Source of the DNA: Dehalococcoidia bacterium
GTDB taxonomy: Bacteria > Chloroflexota > Dehalococcoidia > UBA2979
Length of the DNA: 64,000 nt
Direction: 5' to 3'
Assembly (NCBI GenBank): GCA_964291495.2
Contig: OZ219872.1
Span: 869,358 to 933,357 of the forward strand
Within the stretch, counting starts at the first letter, position 1, and each line of letters begins with the position of its first letter. A program made the translations under genes and the position numbers. Shown here piece after piece: positions 53,366-63,303 of the stretch. The notes under the pieces are model-generated. The model was given only the letters and a program-made list of their open reading frames with translations, did no database searches and had not been told where the DNA came from.

Positions 53366-54238
53366 GTGAGCGAGACGCCGACCGAGGGGACCGCGCGCCT
53401 GTTGGTGCAGTGCCCGGATCGCCCCGGCATCATTGCCGGCGTCTCCCAGTTCCTCTTCCAGCACGGCGCGAACATCGTCCAGGCCGACGAGTACGCGAGC
53501 GGCGGCGAGGAACCGCGCTTCTTCCTGCGCATGGAGTACGAGCTGGCCGGCCTCGACGCGAGCCCGGACGAGATCGCGAGGCTGTTCGGGTCCGAAGTCG
53601 CGCCGCGCTTCGGGATGCACTGGAACATCTCCTACAGCGCGAACCGGCCGCGCATCGCGATCCTCGTCTCAAACGTCGGGCACTGCCTGCTGGACCTGCT
53701 CTGGCGCTGGCGCTCGGGCGAGCTGCACGCCGAGATCGCGATGGTGATCTCCAACCACGACCGCTTCCGCGCCGACGTCGAGCCGCTGGGTGTCCCGTAC
53801 CACCACCTGCCAGTCACGCGGGAGACGAAGCCCGAGCAGGAACAGCAGATGCTGTCGCTGCTGCGAGAAAACGTGGGCCTCGTGGTGCTGGCCCGCTACA
53901 TGCAGATCCTCACGCCCACGGTCCTCGACGAGTTCCCGCAGGCGATCATCAACATCCACCACTCGTTCCTGCCCGCCTTCATCGGCGCGGACCCCTATCG
54001 CCAGGCCCGCGAGCGGGGCGTCAAGATCATCGGCGCCACCGCCCACTACGCCACCGAGGACCTCGACGAGGGCCCGATCATCGAGCAGGACGTCGCCCGC
54101 GTCTCGCACCGCGACACTCGCGCCGAGCTAATCCGCCGCGGCCGCGAGATCGAGCGCGTCGTGCTCGCCCGCGCGGTGCGCTGGCACATCGAGAGCCGCA
54201 TCCTCGTCCACGGCAACCAGACGGTCGTCTTCCCCTAG
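53366..54238 (+). CDS. purU: Formyltetrahydrofolate deformylase
   Basis: CPDRPGII ACT domain, HCLLDLL, LARYMQIL, INIHHSFLPAF.GA.PY, DLDEGPIIEQD. Confidence 0.96.
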   Translation: MSETPTEGTARLLVQCPDRPGIIAGVSQFLFQHGANIVQADEYASGGEEPRFFLRMEYELAGLDASPDEIARLFGSEVAPRFGMHWNISYSANRPRIAILVSNVGHCLLDLLWRWRSGELHAEIAMVISNHDRFRADVEPLGVPYHHLPVTRETKPEQEQQMLSLLRENVGLVVLARYMQILTPTVLDEFPQAIINIHHSFLPAFIGADPYRQARERGVKIIGATAHYATEDLDEGPIIEQDVARVSHRDTRAELIRRGREIERVVLARAVRWHIESRILVHGNQTVVFP

Positions 54239-54239
54239 C

Positions 54240-54395
54240 CTTCCCACTGCCGGGCTCGGAGCGCACAACGACCCTCCGGTCCCCTCTCCCCGAGGGAGAG
54301 GGCGGGGGTGAGGGGGACGGCGCGCGAGCGCCGCTCCGAGCGCACAACGACCCTCCGGTCCCCTCTCCCCGAGGGAGAGGGTTAGGGTGAGGGCC
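54240..54395. repeat. Intergenic repeat mosaic 4: tandem duplication of the CCCCTCTCCC/GGGAGAGGG hairpin
   Basis: 44-bp identical copies at 54259-54302 and 54338-54381 (period 79). Confidence 0.9.
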
Positions 54396-54455
54396 GACGC
54401 CCGCCCCGCGACAAGGTGCGGCGAGGCAGCAAGCGATCGAGGAGACCTGACGGCG

Positions 54456-55778
54456 ATGTGGACGCGCCCGTTCATCGTCCTCTGGCTCGCGATGTTCGTC
54501 GCGATGATCGGCATCGCGCTGATCTCGCCGCTGCTACCCGTCTTCGTGCGCGAGGACCTGGGCGGGCCCGAGATCGCCGTCGCGATCGCCTTCGCCGGCG
54601 TGACCGTGCCGATGATGGTCTTCTCGCCGATCGTCGGGCGCCTCGGCGACCGTTTCGGGCTCAAGCCGTTCGTCGCGGGGGGCTTCCTGCTCTACGGGCT
54701 GGCGGCGTCGGGCTACCTGATCGCGGGGAGGTGGGAGCACGTCGTCGGCTTCCGCGTGCTCTCGGGCGTCGGTGCAGCCGCGATCTTCCCGATGTCCCTC
54801 GCCTACGTGGGACGGCTGGCGCCGCCCGGCCGCGAGGGCGCCTATGTCGGGGCCTTCGCCGTCTCGCAGGTGATCGGTTTCGGCACCGGCCCCCTGCTGG
54901 GCGGCGCGATCCGCGACGCCGCGGGCGTGGACGCGGCCTTCGCGACGCTCGTGGTGCTGCTCGTCGGCACCGGCCTCGCCACCTTCCTGCTGCTGCCGCC
55001 GGCGCAGGGGGATCCAGCCGGCCGCGCGTCCGGCGAGGAACGCGACGACGAGGACACGCCCGGGGCGACGCAGCCCAGCGCGCGCGGGCCGACGCGCTCC
55101 TGGCTCCAGATGCTCCGCTTCGCCCCCGTCCAGGCTGCGTTCACCGTGCAGACCGTCTTCGCCCTCGGCTGGGGCGCGGGCGCGACCTTCCTCGCGATCT
55201 ACGTGATCAGCGAGGACGGACTGGGCACGCAGAGCGCGACCCTCGTCGGCCTGCTGCTCGCCTGCCGTGCGCTGATCGGCGGCATGCTGCAGCCCTGGTT
55301 CGGCCGCCTCGCCGATCGCATGAGCCGCCTCGCGCTGGTGGTGGTGGGGCTGCTGTTCTCCGCCGGCGGGCACTTCGTGATCCCGGACCTGCCGGGCGCG
55401 ACGTTCGAGGTCGGAACGCTCGTGATCGCACCCTGGCTGCTCGCAATCTTCGTGCTGATCGGGCTCGCCGAGGCGATCGCCTTCCCCGCGCAGCAGGCGA
55501 TCTTCGTCGACGTCGGGCGCAGCGTGGGGATGGGCTCGGTCATGGGACTGACGCAGATGGGCAGCTCGCTCGGCTTCCTCGCCGGCTCGATCGTCGGCGC
55601 GGGCGTGGTCGAGCTGTTCGGCCTCGTGGCGGTCTTCCGCTACACCGGCCTGGTGGTGTTTGCGGGCGCGCTGCTGTTCTGGGTGCTGATGCGGCGCGCG
55701 CGCGCGGATTTCGCCGCGCTGCACGCCGCGGCGAGGGCGGGAGCGCCGCCGCTCACGGACGAGTCGGCTCCGCGCTGA
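54456..55778 (+). CDS. MFS transporter
   Basis: GRLGDRFG and GRLADRMSR motif A in both halves. Confidence 0.92.
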   Translation: MWTRPFIVLWLAMFVAMIGIALISPLLPVFVREDLGGPEIAVAIAFAGVTVPMMVFSPIVGRLGDRFGLKPFVAGGFLLYGLAASGYLIAGRWEHVVGFRVLSGVGAAAIFPMSLAYVGRLAPPGREGAYVGAFAVSQVIGFGTGPLLGGAIRDAAGVDAAFATLVVLLVGTGLATFLLLPPAQGDPAGRASGEERDDEDTPGATQPSARGPTRSWLQMLRFAPVQAAFTVQTVFALGWGAGATFLAIYVISEDGLGTQSATLVGLLLACRALIGGMLQPWFGRLADRMSRLALVVVGLLFSAGGHFVIPDLPGATFEVGTLVIAPWLLAIFVLIGLAEAIAFPAQQAIFVDVGRSVGMGSVMGLTQMGSSLGFLAGSIVGAGVVELFGLVAVFRYTGLVVFAGALLFWVLMRRARADFAALHAAARAGAPPLTDESAPR

Positions 55779-55822
55779 CGCCCCGGATGCGGCTCCGGCG
55801 GCTGCTTGCTATCATCTTCCCG

Positions 55823-55969
55823 ATGACGCAACACGCAGCGTCGCCCGTTGGCTCGCACCACGGGGACCACACCGGCACCGCACCCGAGGCGTTCACACCA
55901 GCGGCAGCCCTCGCGCGGCCCAGCGCCGCCCTCCGCGCGAGGCTGCCCGCGGCAGCAGGACGCCCATGA
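55823..55969 (+). CDS. Putative leaderless uORF (48 aa) overlapping the helicase start
   Basis: TGcTATCAT -10 element 7 nt upstream of ATG 55823; stop overlaps the helicase ATG (ATGA). Confidence 0.35.
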   Translation: MTQHAASPVGSHHGDHTGTAPEAFTPAAALARPSAALRARLPAAAGRP

Positions 55970-57807
55970 GCCTGCTGCGACGCATCCGCGGCCTCATCGG
56001 CGGAGGCGAACGCGACCCCGAGGCGTCATCGAGCAGCGCGCCCACGAGCGAGGACGCATCCGGGAAGCCCTCGCGCCGCAGGCGCGGACGGCGCGGCGGA
56101 CGTGGCCGCAGACGCGGCGGCGGCTCCGGCAGCGCGCAATCCCAACAGCAGAACCAACAGCACGGAGGAACCATCACACCCACCGCAGAGGCGCCCTCGA
56201 GAGAGGCGCCAGCAACCACACGTAGACGCAACGAGGGTTGGCGCAGGCGCGACCGCCGCGGTCGCCGCGCCAACCTCGATGCGCCGCTGCCCGAGGACGT
56301 GGCCTTCCGGCCCGCCGCCGAGGGCGGCGACAGCAGCATCCTGCCCGGCCGGCGACGCCCCCCGCCCGGCGCACGCACCACGCCTCGAGTGCTCGTCACC
56401 GGCAAGCGCAACCTGCCGGTGTTCCACGACGTCGACGAGGACGGGAGCGCTCCGCCCGAACCGGAGGAAGCGCCGGAGGCCGTCGCAGACACCGCTGCGG
56501 ACGAGCCGGCCGGCGATGGGGCGGGCGCCTCAGGCGGTCGTCGCCGTCGCGGGCGGCGCGGCGGGCGCGGGCGCAGGCGCGGCGGCGAGGCCGCCGCCGA
56601 GGACGCGGCGCCCTCGACTAACGGCAGCGGAGCGGCGACACCCGCCGAGGCCGCTCGCGAGGCGGGCGGCGACGCCGACCTCGAATTGCCGGAGGCGTTC
56701 GCCGCCCTCGGCATCTCGGAGCGCTCGCTGACGGCGGTCGCGCGCATGGGCTTCGAGCAGCCGACGCCCGTGCAGGAGCGCGCCATCCCGGTGCTGATCG
56801 AGGGCCGGGACGTGGTCGGCATCGCCCAGACCGGCACCGGCAAGACGCTCGCCTTCGGCATCCCGATGGCGGAGTCGCTCGACGCCGGGAGCAGCGATGT
56901 GCAGGGCCTCGTACTCGTGCCCACGCGCGAGCTGGCGCAGCAGGTGCTCGGCGTGCTGATCGACCTGGCGCGCCCCTTTGGGATGCGCGCGATCGGGCTG
57001 CTCGGCGGTCACGCCCTCGAGGGCGACTTCCGCGCGCTGGAGCAGGGCCCGCAGATCGTCGTCGGCACGCCGGGGCGCATCAAGGATCACCTGCGGCGCG
57101 GCACGCTCTCGTTGCGCCGCGTGCGGCTCGCCGTCCTCGACGAGGCGGACCAGATGCTGGACATCGGTTTCCTGCCGGACATCACGCACATCCTCGGCCG
57201 CACCCCGCGCAGCCGGCAGACGGCGCTCTTCTCGGCCACGATGCCGCACACCGTCACGCGCCTGATCCGCCGCTACATGGAGAACCCCGAGCGCGTCGCC
57301 GTCGCCTCCGACCTCGAGACCGTCGAGTCGATCGAGCACGTCTACTTCGAGGTCGCCCAGCGCGACAAGGTCAACGGCCTGAGCGAGTTGATCGAGCGAG
57401 AGCTGCGAGGGCGCACGCTGGTCTTCTCGCGCACGAAGCGCGGCGTCGACTTCCTCGCGCGCGAGCTGCAGGGCCGAGGCGTGAACGTGGGCGCGCTGCA
57501 CGGCGACCTCGATCAGCGCCGCCGCGACCGCATGGTGCGGCGCTTCCGCAACGGCGAACTGGACATCCTGATCGCGACCAACGTCGCCGCCCGTGGCATC
57601 GACATTCCGGAGATCACGCACGTCGTGAACTACGACGTGCCCGACAACGCCGAGGAGTACGTGCACCGCACAGGCCGCACGGGCCGTGCCGGCCGCGAGG
57701 GCAAGGCGATCACCTTCGCCAGCGAGATGGACCTCGACCGCTTCGACGTGCTGCGCGAGACGTTCGGCGACCGGCTCCGCAAGGAGCGCCTCGATCTCTA
57801 CGTCTAG
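55966..57807 (+). CDS. DEAD-box RNA helicase with long Arg/Gly-rich N-terminal extension
   Basis: Q motif GFEQPTPVQ, AQTGTGKT, PTRELA, DEAD, SAT, ARGID, HRTGRTGRAG. Confidence 0.95.
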   Translation: MSLLRRIRGLIGGGERDPEASSSSAPTSEDASGKPSRRRRGRRGGRGRRRGGGSGSAQSQQQNQQHGGTITPTAEAPSREAPATTRRRNEGWRRRDRRGRRANLDAPLPEDVAFRPAAEGGDSSILPGRRRPPPGARTTPRVLVTGKRNLPVFHDVDEDGSAPPEPEEAPEAVADTAADEPAGDGAGASGGRRRRGRRGGRGRRRGGEAAAEDAAPSTNGSGAATPAEAAREAGGDADLELPEAFAALGISERSLTAVARMGFEQPTPVQERAIPVLIEGRDVVGIAQTGTGKTLAFGIPMAESLDAGSSDVQGLVLVPTRELAQQVLGVLIDLARPFGMRAIGLLGGHALEGDFRALEQGPQIVVGTPGRIKDHLRRGTLSLRRVRLAVLDEADQMLDIGFLPDITHILGRTPRSRQTALFSATMPHTVTRLIRRYMENPERVAVASDLETVESIEHVYFEVAQRDKVNGLSELIERELRGRTLVFSRTKRGVDFLARELQGRGVNVGALHGDLDQRRRDRMVRRFRNGELDILIATNVAARGIDIPEITHVVNYDVPDNAEEYVHRTGRTGRAGREGKAITFASEMDLDRFDVLRETFGDRLRKERLDLYV

Positions 57808-57824
57808 GCGCGTCCCGTAGCCCG

Positions 57825-59429
57825 ATGAGCGGCGAGGCGGCGCTTCCGGAGTACGTCCGGGCCCTGCTCGACCCCGCCGCCTACCCGCACGCGCCCGCCG
57901 CGGTCGAGCTGCGCCAGACGCACATCTCGTGGGTCTTCCTCGCCGGGGACCTCGTCTACAAGACGAAGAAGCCGGTCGACTTCGGCTTCATCCGCCAGCT
58001 GGACGGGGAGACGCGCGAGCGCTTCTGCCACGCCGAGCTGCGGCTCAACCGCCGCCTCGCGCCCGGCGTCTACGTCGATGTCGTCCCCGTCGTGCGGATG
58101 CCGGACGGCCGCTACGCCGTTGAGGGCGACCCGGCTGCGGGCGAGGTCGTCGAGCACGCCGTGAAGATGCGCCGTCTCCCCGACGATCGCACGCTCGATC
58201 GGCTGCTCGCTGAGGGCGAGGCGCCCGCGGACCTCGCGGAGCGGCTCGCGCGGCGGCTGATCGCCTTCCACGAGTCCGCCGTCGTCGTCGCGAACGACCA
58301 CGACTTCGCCGGTGCGCCCGCCGAGCGCGCCTGGTGGGCGCGCGAGTACGGCGAGGCCTCGGGCTTCATCGGCGACACGTGGCGGCCGGAGGACGCGGCG
58401 GCGACCCGCGCCTTCATCGAGGAGACGCTCGAACGCGACGCCGCGCTGTTCGACGAGCGGCTCGCCGCCGGGCGCGTGATCGAGGGCCACGGCGACCTGC
58501 GCGCCGCGCACGTCTACCTGCTCGGCGACGGCGACGAGGCGATCACGATCGTCGACTGCATCGAGTTCAGCGAGCAGTTCCACTTCCGCTACCTGGACGC
58601 GGGCTACGACGGCGCCTTCCTCGCGATGGACCTCGAGGCGCTCGGCCACGCGGACCTCGGCGACGAGCTGGTGGGGCGCTACCTCGCCGCCTCGGCCGAC
58701 GAGACGCTGGGCGTGTTGCAGCCGCTGCACCGCACCTACCGCGCGTTCGTGCGCGGCAAGGTGGAGTCGATCGGCGCGCGCGCCCCCGAGACGCCCGAGG
58801 AGCAGGCGCGCGCCCTCGCCGCCTCCGCCGCGCGCTTCTTCCGGCTCGCGGCGAGCTACGCCGAACGTCGCGCCGCGCCGCAGCTGATCGCGCTGAGCGG
58901 GCTTCCGGCAAGCGGCAAGTCGACTGTCGCCGCCACGCTCGCCTGCCGCGTCGGCGCGGCTTACCTCTCCACGGACGTGGTGCGCAAGCAGCTCGCGGGC
59001 ATCGATCCGCGAGAGCGGGTCCGCGAGGAGTGGCGCGCCGGTCTCTACTCGCCGGAGATGACGGAGCGCACCTACGCCGAGCTGCGCGCACGCGCCGCGC
59101 GGCTGCTGCGCAAAGGGCGGGCGGTGGTCCTCGACGCAATGCACGGCCGCCGCTCGGAGCGGGACGCCGTCCGCGCGCTCGCCGCGGAGCACGGCGTCCC
59201 GGCGACGATCGCCGAGCTGCGCATCGACGACGCGACGGCGCAGGCGCGCATCGCCGGTCGCGAGGACGACCCGCTGCGCACCTCGGACGCCACATGGGCG
59301 GTCTACGAAGCGCAGCGCGACGGCTTCGAGGCGATCGCGCCGGACGAGGCGCCCGACCTCGCCCTCGACGCGACCCGCCCGCCCGCCGCCCTCGCGCGCG
59401 AGATCGCGGAGGCCCTCGCGGGGGCGTGA
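57825..59429 (+). CDS. Bifunctional APH-like kinase / AAA_33 P-loop protein
   Basis: QTHISWVFL, KKPVDFGF, GHGDLR, DCIEF, GLPASGKST, VVLDA. Confidence 0.9.
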   Translation: MSGEAALPEYVRALLDPAAYPHAPAAVELRQTHISWVFLAGDLVYKTKKPVDFGFIRQLDGETRERFCHAELRLNRRLAPGVYVDVVPVVRMPDGRYAVEGDPAAGEVVEHAVKMRRLPDDRTLDRLLAEGEAPADLAERLARRLIAFHESAVVVANDHDFAGAPAERAWWAREYGEASGFIGDTWRPEDAAATRAFIEETLERDAALFDERLAAGRVIEGHGDLRAAHVYLLGDGDEAITIVDCIEFSEQFHFRYLDAGYDGAFLAMDLEALGHADLGDELVGRYLAASADETLGVLQPLHRTYRAFVRGKVESIGARAPETPEEQARALAASAARFFRLAASYAERRAAPQLIALSGLPASGKSTVAATLACRVGAAYLSTDVVRKQLAGIDPRERVREEWRAGLYSPEMTERTYAELRARAARLLRKGRAVVLDAMHGRRSERDAVRALAAEHGVPATIAELRIDDATAQARIAGREDDPLRTSDATWAVYEAQRDGFEAIAPDEAPDLALDATRPPAALAREIAEALAGA

Positions 59430-59870
59430 CGCCTCCCATCCGGCCCCCTCTCCCTGGGGGAGAGGGTGGGGGTGAGGGGGCTCGCCGGACGCTGCTGCCT
59501 CCTCGATGGGTTGATGCGCCCTCGGGATCTCTTGCCCGGCGGTGTCGGACGAGCGTGCGCTGCGCGCCGCTCGGACCCACCCACCCTCCCTCGGATTATC
59601 TTCCTGTGGGGGCTTCGCCCCCACACCCCCTCGGCTCCGCCGCCAGCCCCGCAGCCCTCGACCACACCCGTGCGCCTCTCCTCCGGCCCTCCCGTCACTC
59701 CCGTTCCGCCCTCCCGCTATTCCCGCTCCGCCCTCCCCTCATTCCGGCGTCCCCTTCCCGTCGTTCCGGCTCCCCCTCCGTCATTCCGGCGAAAGCCGGA
59801 ATCCAGCCGGGCGGCAACGGACCTTCCGAAGGCGGCGATGGTCCGGCGAGGTGCGCCGAGGCCGCGAACG
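59430..59870. repeat. Intergenic palindromic repeat mosaic 5
   Basis: CCCCTCTCCC hairpin, GGACGAGC..GGACCCACCCACCC-TGTGGGGGC block, degenerate ~21-22-bp tandem leading into GTCATTCCGGCGAAAGCCGGAATCCAG (59780-59806). Confidence 0.85.
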
Positions 59871-59975
59871 CGCTCCCGCCACCGCCCACGCCCGCCGCGC
59901 CGACACTGCAAGCCGAACTCCCCGCAACCCCGCACCCAACCCGGCCGCGCGATAGACTCGGCACGGAGGCGTGGC

Positions 59976-60506
59976 GTGGCGCTTGCGAGACTGCGGAGCC
60001 TGTTGCGGCGCGACCCGGAGGCGCGGGCGCTGCGCGCGCTGGCGCGCGGGCTGAAGCAACTGCCCGCCCGGCGCCGCCCGGAGGACTCCCTGCAGGTGGT
60101 CGTCGACCTCGCGCGCGAGGCGACCGGCGCGGACTACGCCGCCCTCGCCGTCACCGACCAGCACGACACGACACAGGGCTTCGTCACCTCGGGCCTCACG
60201 CCGATCGAGCTCCGAGGCCTGAAGACGCCGCCGCAGGGGCACGGCCCGCTCAGCTCGCTCCGCGCCGACGGCCGGCCGGTGCGCTTCGAGGACGTGCAGG
60301 ACCACCCCCGCGCCTTCGGCTTCCCGCCGCACCACCCGGAGATGCGCGCCCTGGCCGGCGTACCGATCTGGTCGCAGGGCCACGTCCGCGGCTCGCTCTA
60401 CGTCGCCGATCGGCGCGAGGGCCGCAGCTTCGGCGAGGACGACGAGCGCATCCTCGAAACCCTCGCCGTCCACGCCTCCCGAGTCATCGAGGAGGAGTGG
60501 TACTAG
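59976..60506 (+). CDS. Stand-alone GAF domain protein (DosS/DevS GAF-A-like)
   Basis: GGAGG RBS; ADYAALAV, PQGHG, HPRAFGFPPHHPEM..LAGVPI, GSLYV. Confidence 0.85.
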   Translation: MALARLRSLLRRDPEARALRALARGLKQLPARRRPEDSLQVVVDLAREATGADYAALAVTDQHDTTQGFVTSGLTPIELRGLKTPPQGHGPLSSLRADGRPVRFEDVQDHPRAFGFPPHHPEMRALAGVPIWSQGHVRGSLYVADRREGRSFGEDDERILETLAVHASRVIEEEWY

Positions 60507-60519
60507 CGTCCGTGCGTCC

Positions 60520-60566
60520 TCCGGCTCCCTCTTCCCCTTGCGGGAGAGGGCGGGGGTGAGGGGCCC
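60520..60566. repeat. Single CCCTTCCC/GGGAGAGGG..GGGGTGAGGG repeat between convergent genes
   Basis: CTCCCTTCCCCTTGCGGGAGAGGGCGGGGGTGAGGG. Confidence 0.75.
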
Positions 60567-60573
60567 GGGCCTC

Positions 60574-61327
60574 TCACTCCGTTGGATAGTCCTCGAGTAC
60601 GAAGGCGAAGCGCGCCGTGTCGCCGACCTGCACGCCGTTCGCGGCGTACCAGCCAGACGGCGCCTCGACGGCGTACCGGTAGACGTCGACGGGGCGGCGA
60701 ATCTCCAGAGACTCCGCCTCCATGCCGAAGATCTCCCGGATCACGAAGTCGGCGCCGATGAAGGCGATGTCGAGGTCGAAGTGCGTGTTCTTCATCCAGA
60801 ACGAGCGCCTGCCCTCCTCCTCGTAGTGGAAGAGCATCCCGCGCTCGCCCAGCTCGTAGCGGCCCGACAACCCGATCGAGTACTCCGTCCGCGGCGGCAC
60901 CTCGACCGGCAGCGCCACCACCGTCCCGTCCCCGCGCACGAACTCGATACGCGGGAGCGCCTCGAGGGGCAGCACGCCCGTGGTCGCCGTCGGCTCCGGC
61001 GAGACGGTTGCGTTCGGCGTGGCCACGGGTGTTGCCGTAGGTGCGGGAGTCGGAGGAGCCGCGGTCGCGGTCGGCGTGGCAACTGGCCGTGGACTGCCGG
61101 TCGGAGCCACCGTTGCGGTCGGCGTGGACTCCGAAGCTGGCGTCGCCGGCGGTGCGGGCGTCTCGGCGACGGGGCGGCGTCGCCGAGGGCGTCGCGGTCG
61201 AGGTCCCCGTGAACCGCACGGTGACCGGCTGATCCGTCGGCTCCGCCTCCGAGCCGCCGCCGCAGGCAACCGCCAGGGCGAACAGGCAGGAGGCAACGAG
61301 CAGGCGCGCGGAGCCGACGAGTCGCAT
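60574..61327 (-). CDS. DUF192 family lipoprotein with PT-rich stalk (frameshift at ~61171-61174)
   Basis: LAVACGG lipobox in one frame; GLSGR..GMLF..FWMKNT.FDLDIAFI in another; frame switch at a G4 run. Confidence 0.82.
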
Positions 61328-61415
61328 CGAGGGCGATCGTACGCGGCCTGCCCTCGGGCGGCCACGCGAGGCGACGAGGTTGACCGCGAGGGAGCGCGTT
61401 CGTAGCGTGCGAGGC

Positions 61416-62244
61416 GTGTCCGAGAGCCCAATCCTCGACCTCGCGCTGCAGCTCTGGCCGGGAGTGCGCGACGGCGCGCCCGTCCCGGACCTGGGCGCCC
61501 TCGACACCCTGCTCGCCGCGCAGGGGCAGCCCGGGGCGCCCGGCCACGACTGCGGCCTGACCACCACCTTCGCCTGCTTCGGGCCCGACGAGGCCGCCGC
61601 GCTCACGCTGCCGAGCGGCGAGCGCAGCCGTTCCGACGACGAGGCGCGCTTCCTCGGCCACCTGCTCGTCACGCGCACGCTGATCGCGGCGGGACTGGTG
61701 ATCGACGATCGCGTCGCGCGGGCCTCGGCCGCCGCCCACGCGCTCTCCTGGACGACCGAGGGCGGCGCGCCCTACCACCAGACGCCGCTCGCCCTCGCGG
61801 TCTCGCTCTGGCTGATCGCGCTCGATCCGCAGGCGCGCTCGGACACCCCGCTGCCGATCGACTGGTCGCCGGTCTGCTTCGAGCGCGACTGGTGGGACCA
61901 CGAGTACCGGCTGTTCTCGCACTACGACGTGCGCGAGCGCGCCCTCGACTGGTGCGCCTACGCGAGCATCGACCCCGCCCGCCACGAGGGCTGCGCGGCC
62001 TGGACGATTTGCGAGCCGCTGCTACGCATGGAGGCGGACAGCCGGGCGCGCATGGCGCTGCCCCAGCTCGCCGGCCACGCCGCCGGCTCCGCCTTGGGCG
62101 CCGGCGGACGCCGAGGGCGAGCCGCTGCCCGCGGCCGCGGCAATCGAGCGCGGGCGCGTCGCCCTGCTGGTGCAGGGCTACCTCGAGTCCTCGCGCCCCG
62201 CCGACGACGGCTCGATCCGCCCCGCCGACCACCACGCCCGCTAG
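61416..62244 (+). CDS. Hypothetical protein (apparent frameshift ~62090-62107)
   Basis: Coding-like ORF from GTG 61416 (7 nt after TAGCGT); typical codon usage resumes in a shifted frame as DAEGEPLPAAAAIERGRVALLVQGYLE..HHAR-TAG. Confidence 0.65.
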
Positions 62245-62249
62245 GAGGT

Positions 62250-62790
62250 TTCCCCTTCCGGCCCCCTCTCCCCGAGGGAGAGGGCGGGGGTGAGGGCCCG
62301 GCGCGCAGCGCCGCTCCGAGAGCCTATCGACCCTCCGAAGCAACCCGCATCCTTTGTTGGCGGGCTGCGCCCCCACACCCCCATCCCGGACGAGCACGCG
62401 CTGCGCGCGGCTCCGGCCCACCCACCCACCTCGGAGTTTTCTTCATGTGGGGGCTGCGCCCCCACGCCCCCGGGGGCTCTGGTGCACGCAGCGCAGCCCT
62501 CGCGGGCTGTCCGCCTCCTCTCACTCCCGTCACGCCGGCTCCCTCCCGTCATTCCGGCGAAAGCCGGAATCCAGTCGCGAGGCAACGGACCTTCCGAGGG
62601 GCGGCGACCGTCCCGCGAGCCCGCTCACCCCCTCCCTGGCTCCCCCGGGAGAGGGGCCGGAGCGGCGCACGAGCCTTCGAGGCGGCAGTCATGCGCGGCG
62701 AGCCCCCGCACCCCGACCCTCGCCCGGGGAGAGGGGGCCGTCGAGGGGAGGCTCCCAGTCGCCTGGGATGAACGAGCGGGGAAGGGTGCT
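62250..62790. repeat. Intergenic palindromic repeat mosaic 7
   Basis: CCCCTCTCCC hairpins, two GGGCTGCGCCCCCAC units around the GGACGAGC block, GTCATTCCGGCGAAAGCCGGAATCCAG at 62548-62574. Confidence 0.85.
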
Positions 62791-62795
62791 GGCGG

Positions 62796-63301
62796 CTACG
62801 CCTCGGCGCGGTAGTCGCCGGAGCGGCCGCCGGACTTGGCGACGAGGCGGACGGCCTCGATGCGCATGTCGCGCTGCACGGCCTTGCACATGTCGTAGAT
62901 CGTGAGCGCGGCCACGGAGACGGCGGTCAGCGCCTCCATCTCCACGCCCGTCTGCGCGCTCGTGCGCACGGTCGCCTCGATCTCCACTCGCCGGATCCTC
63001 GGGGTCGAGGCAGAGCTGCACCTCCACGCCGCTTATCGGCAGCGGGTGGCAGAGCGGGATCAGCTCGGGCGTGCGCTTGGCGGCCATGATCCCGGCGAGG
63101 CGCGCCGCCGCCAGCACGTCGCCCTTCGGCAACCCACCCTCGCCGATCAGCGCGAGCGTCTCGGCGCTCATCGCGACGCGCCCGCGCGCCGTCGCCTCGC
63201 GGCGCGTCACGTCCTTGTCCGAGACGTCGACCATCCGCGAGTGGCCCCGCTCGTCGAGGTGGGACAAGGCCCCGGTCGTCGCCCGCCGCAGACTCAGCCA
63301 C
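62796..63301 (-). CDS. moaC: Cyclic pyranopterin monophosphate synthase MoaC (apparent 1-nt insertions at ~63269 and ~62997)
   Basis: [50 protein letters not shown] split across frames. Confidence 0.9.
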
Positions 63302-63303
63302 CG

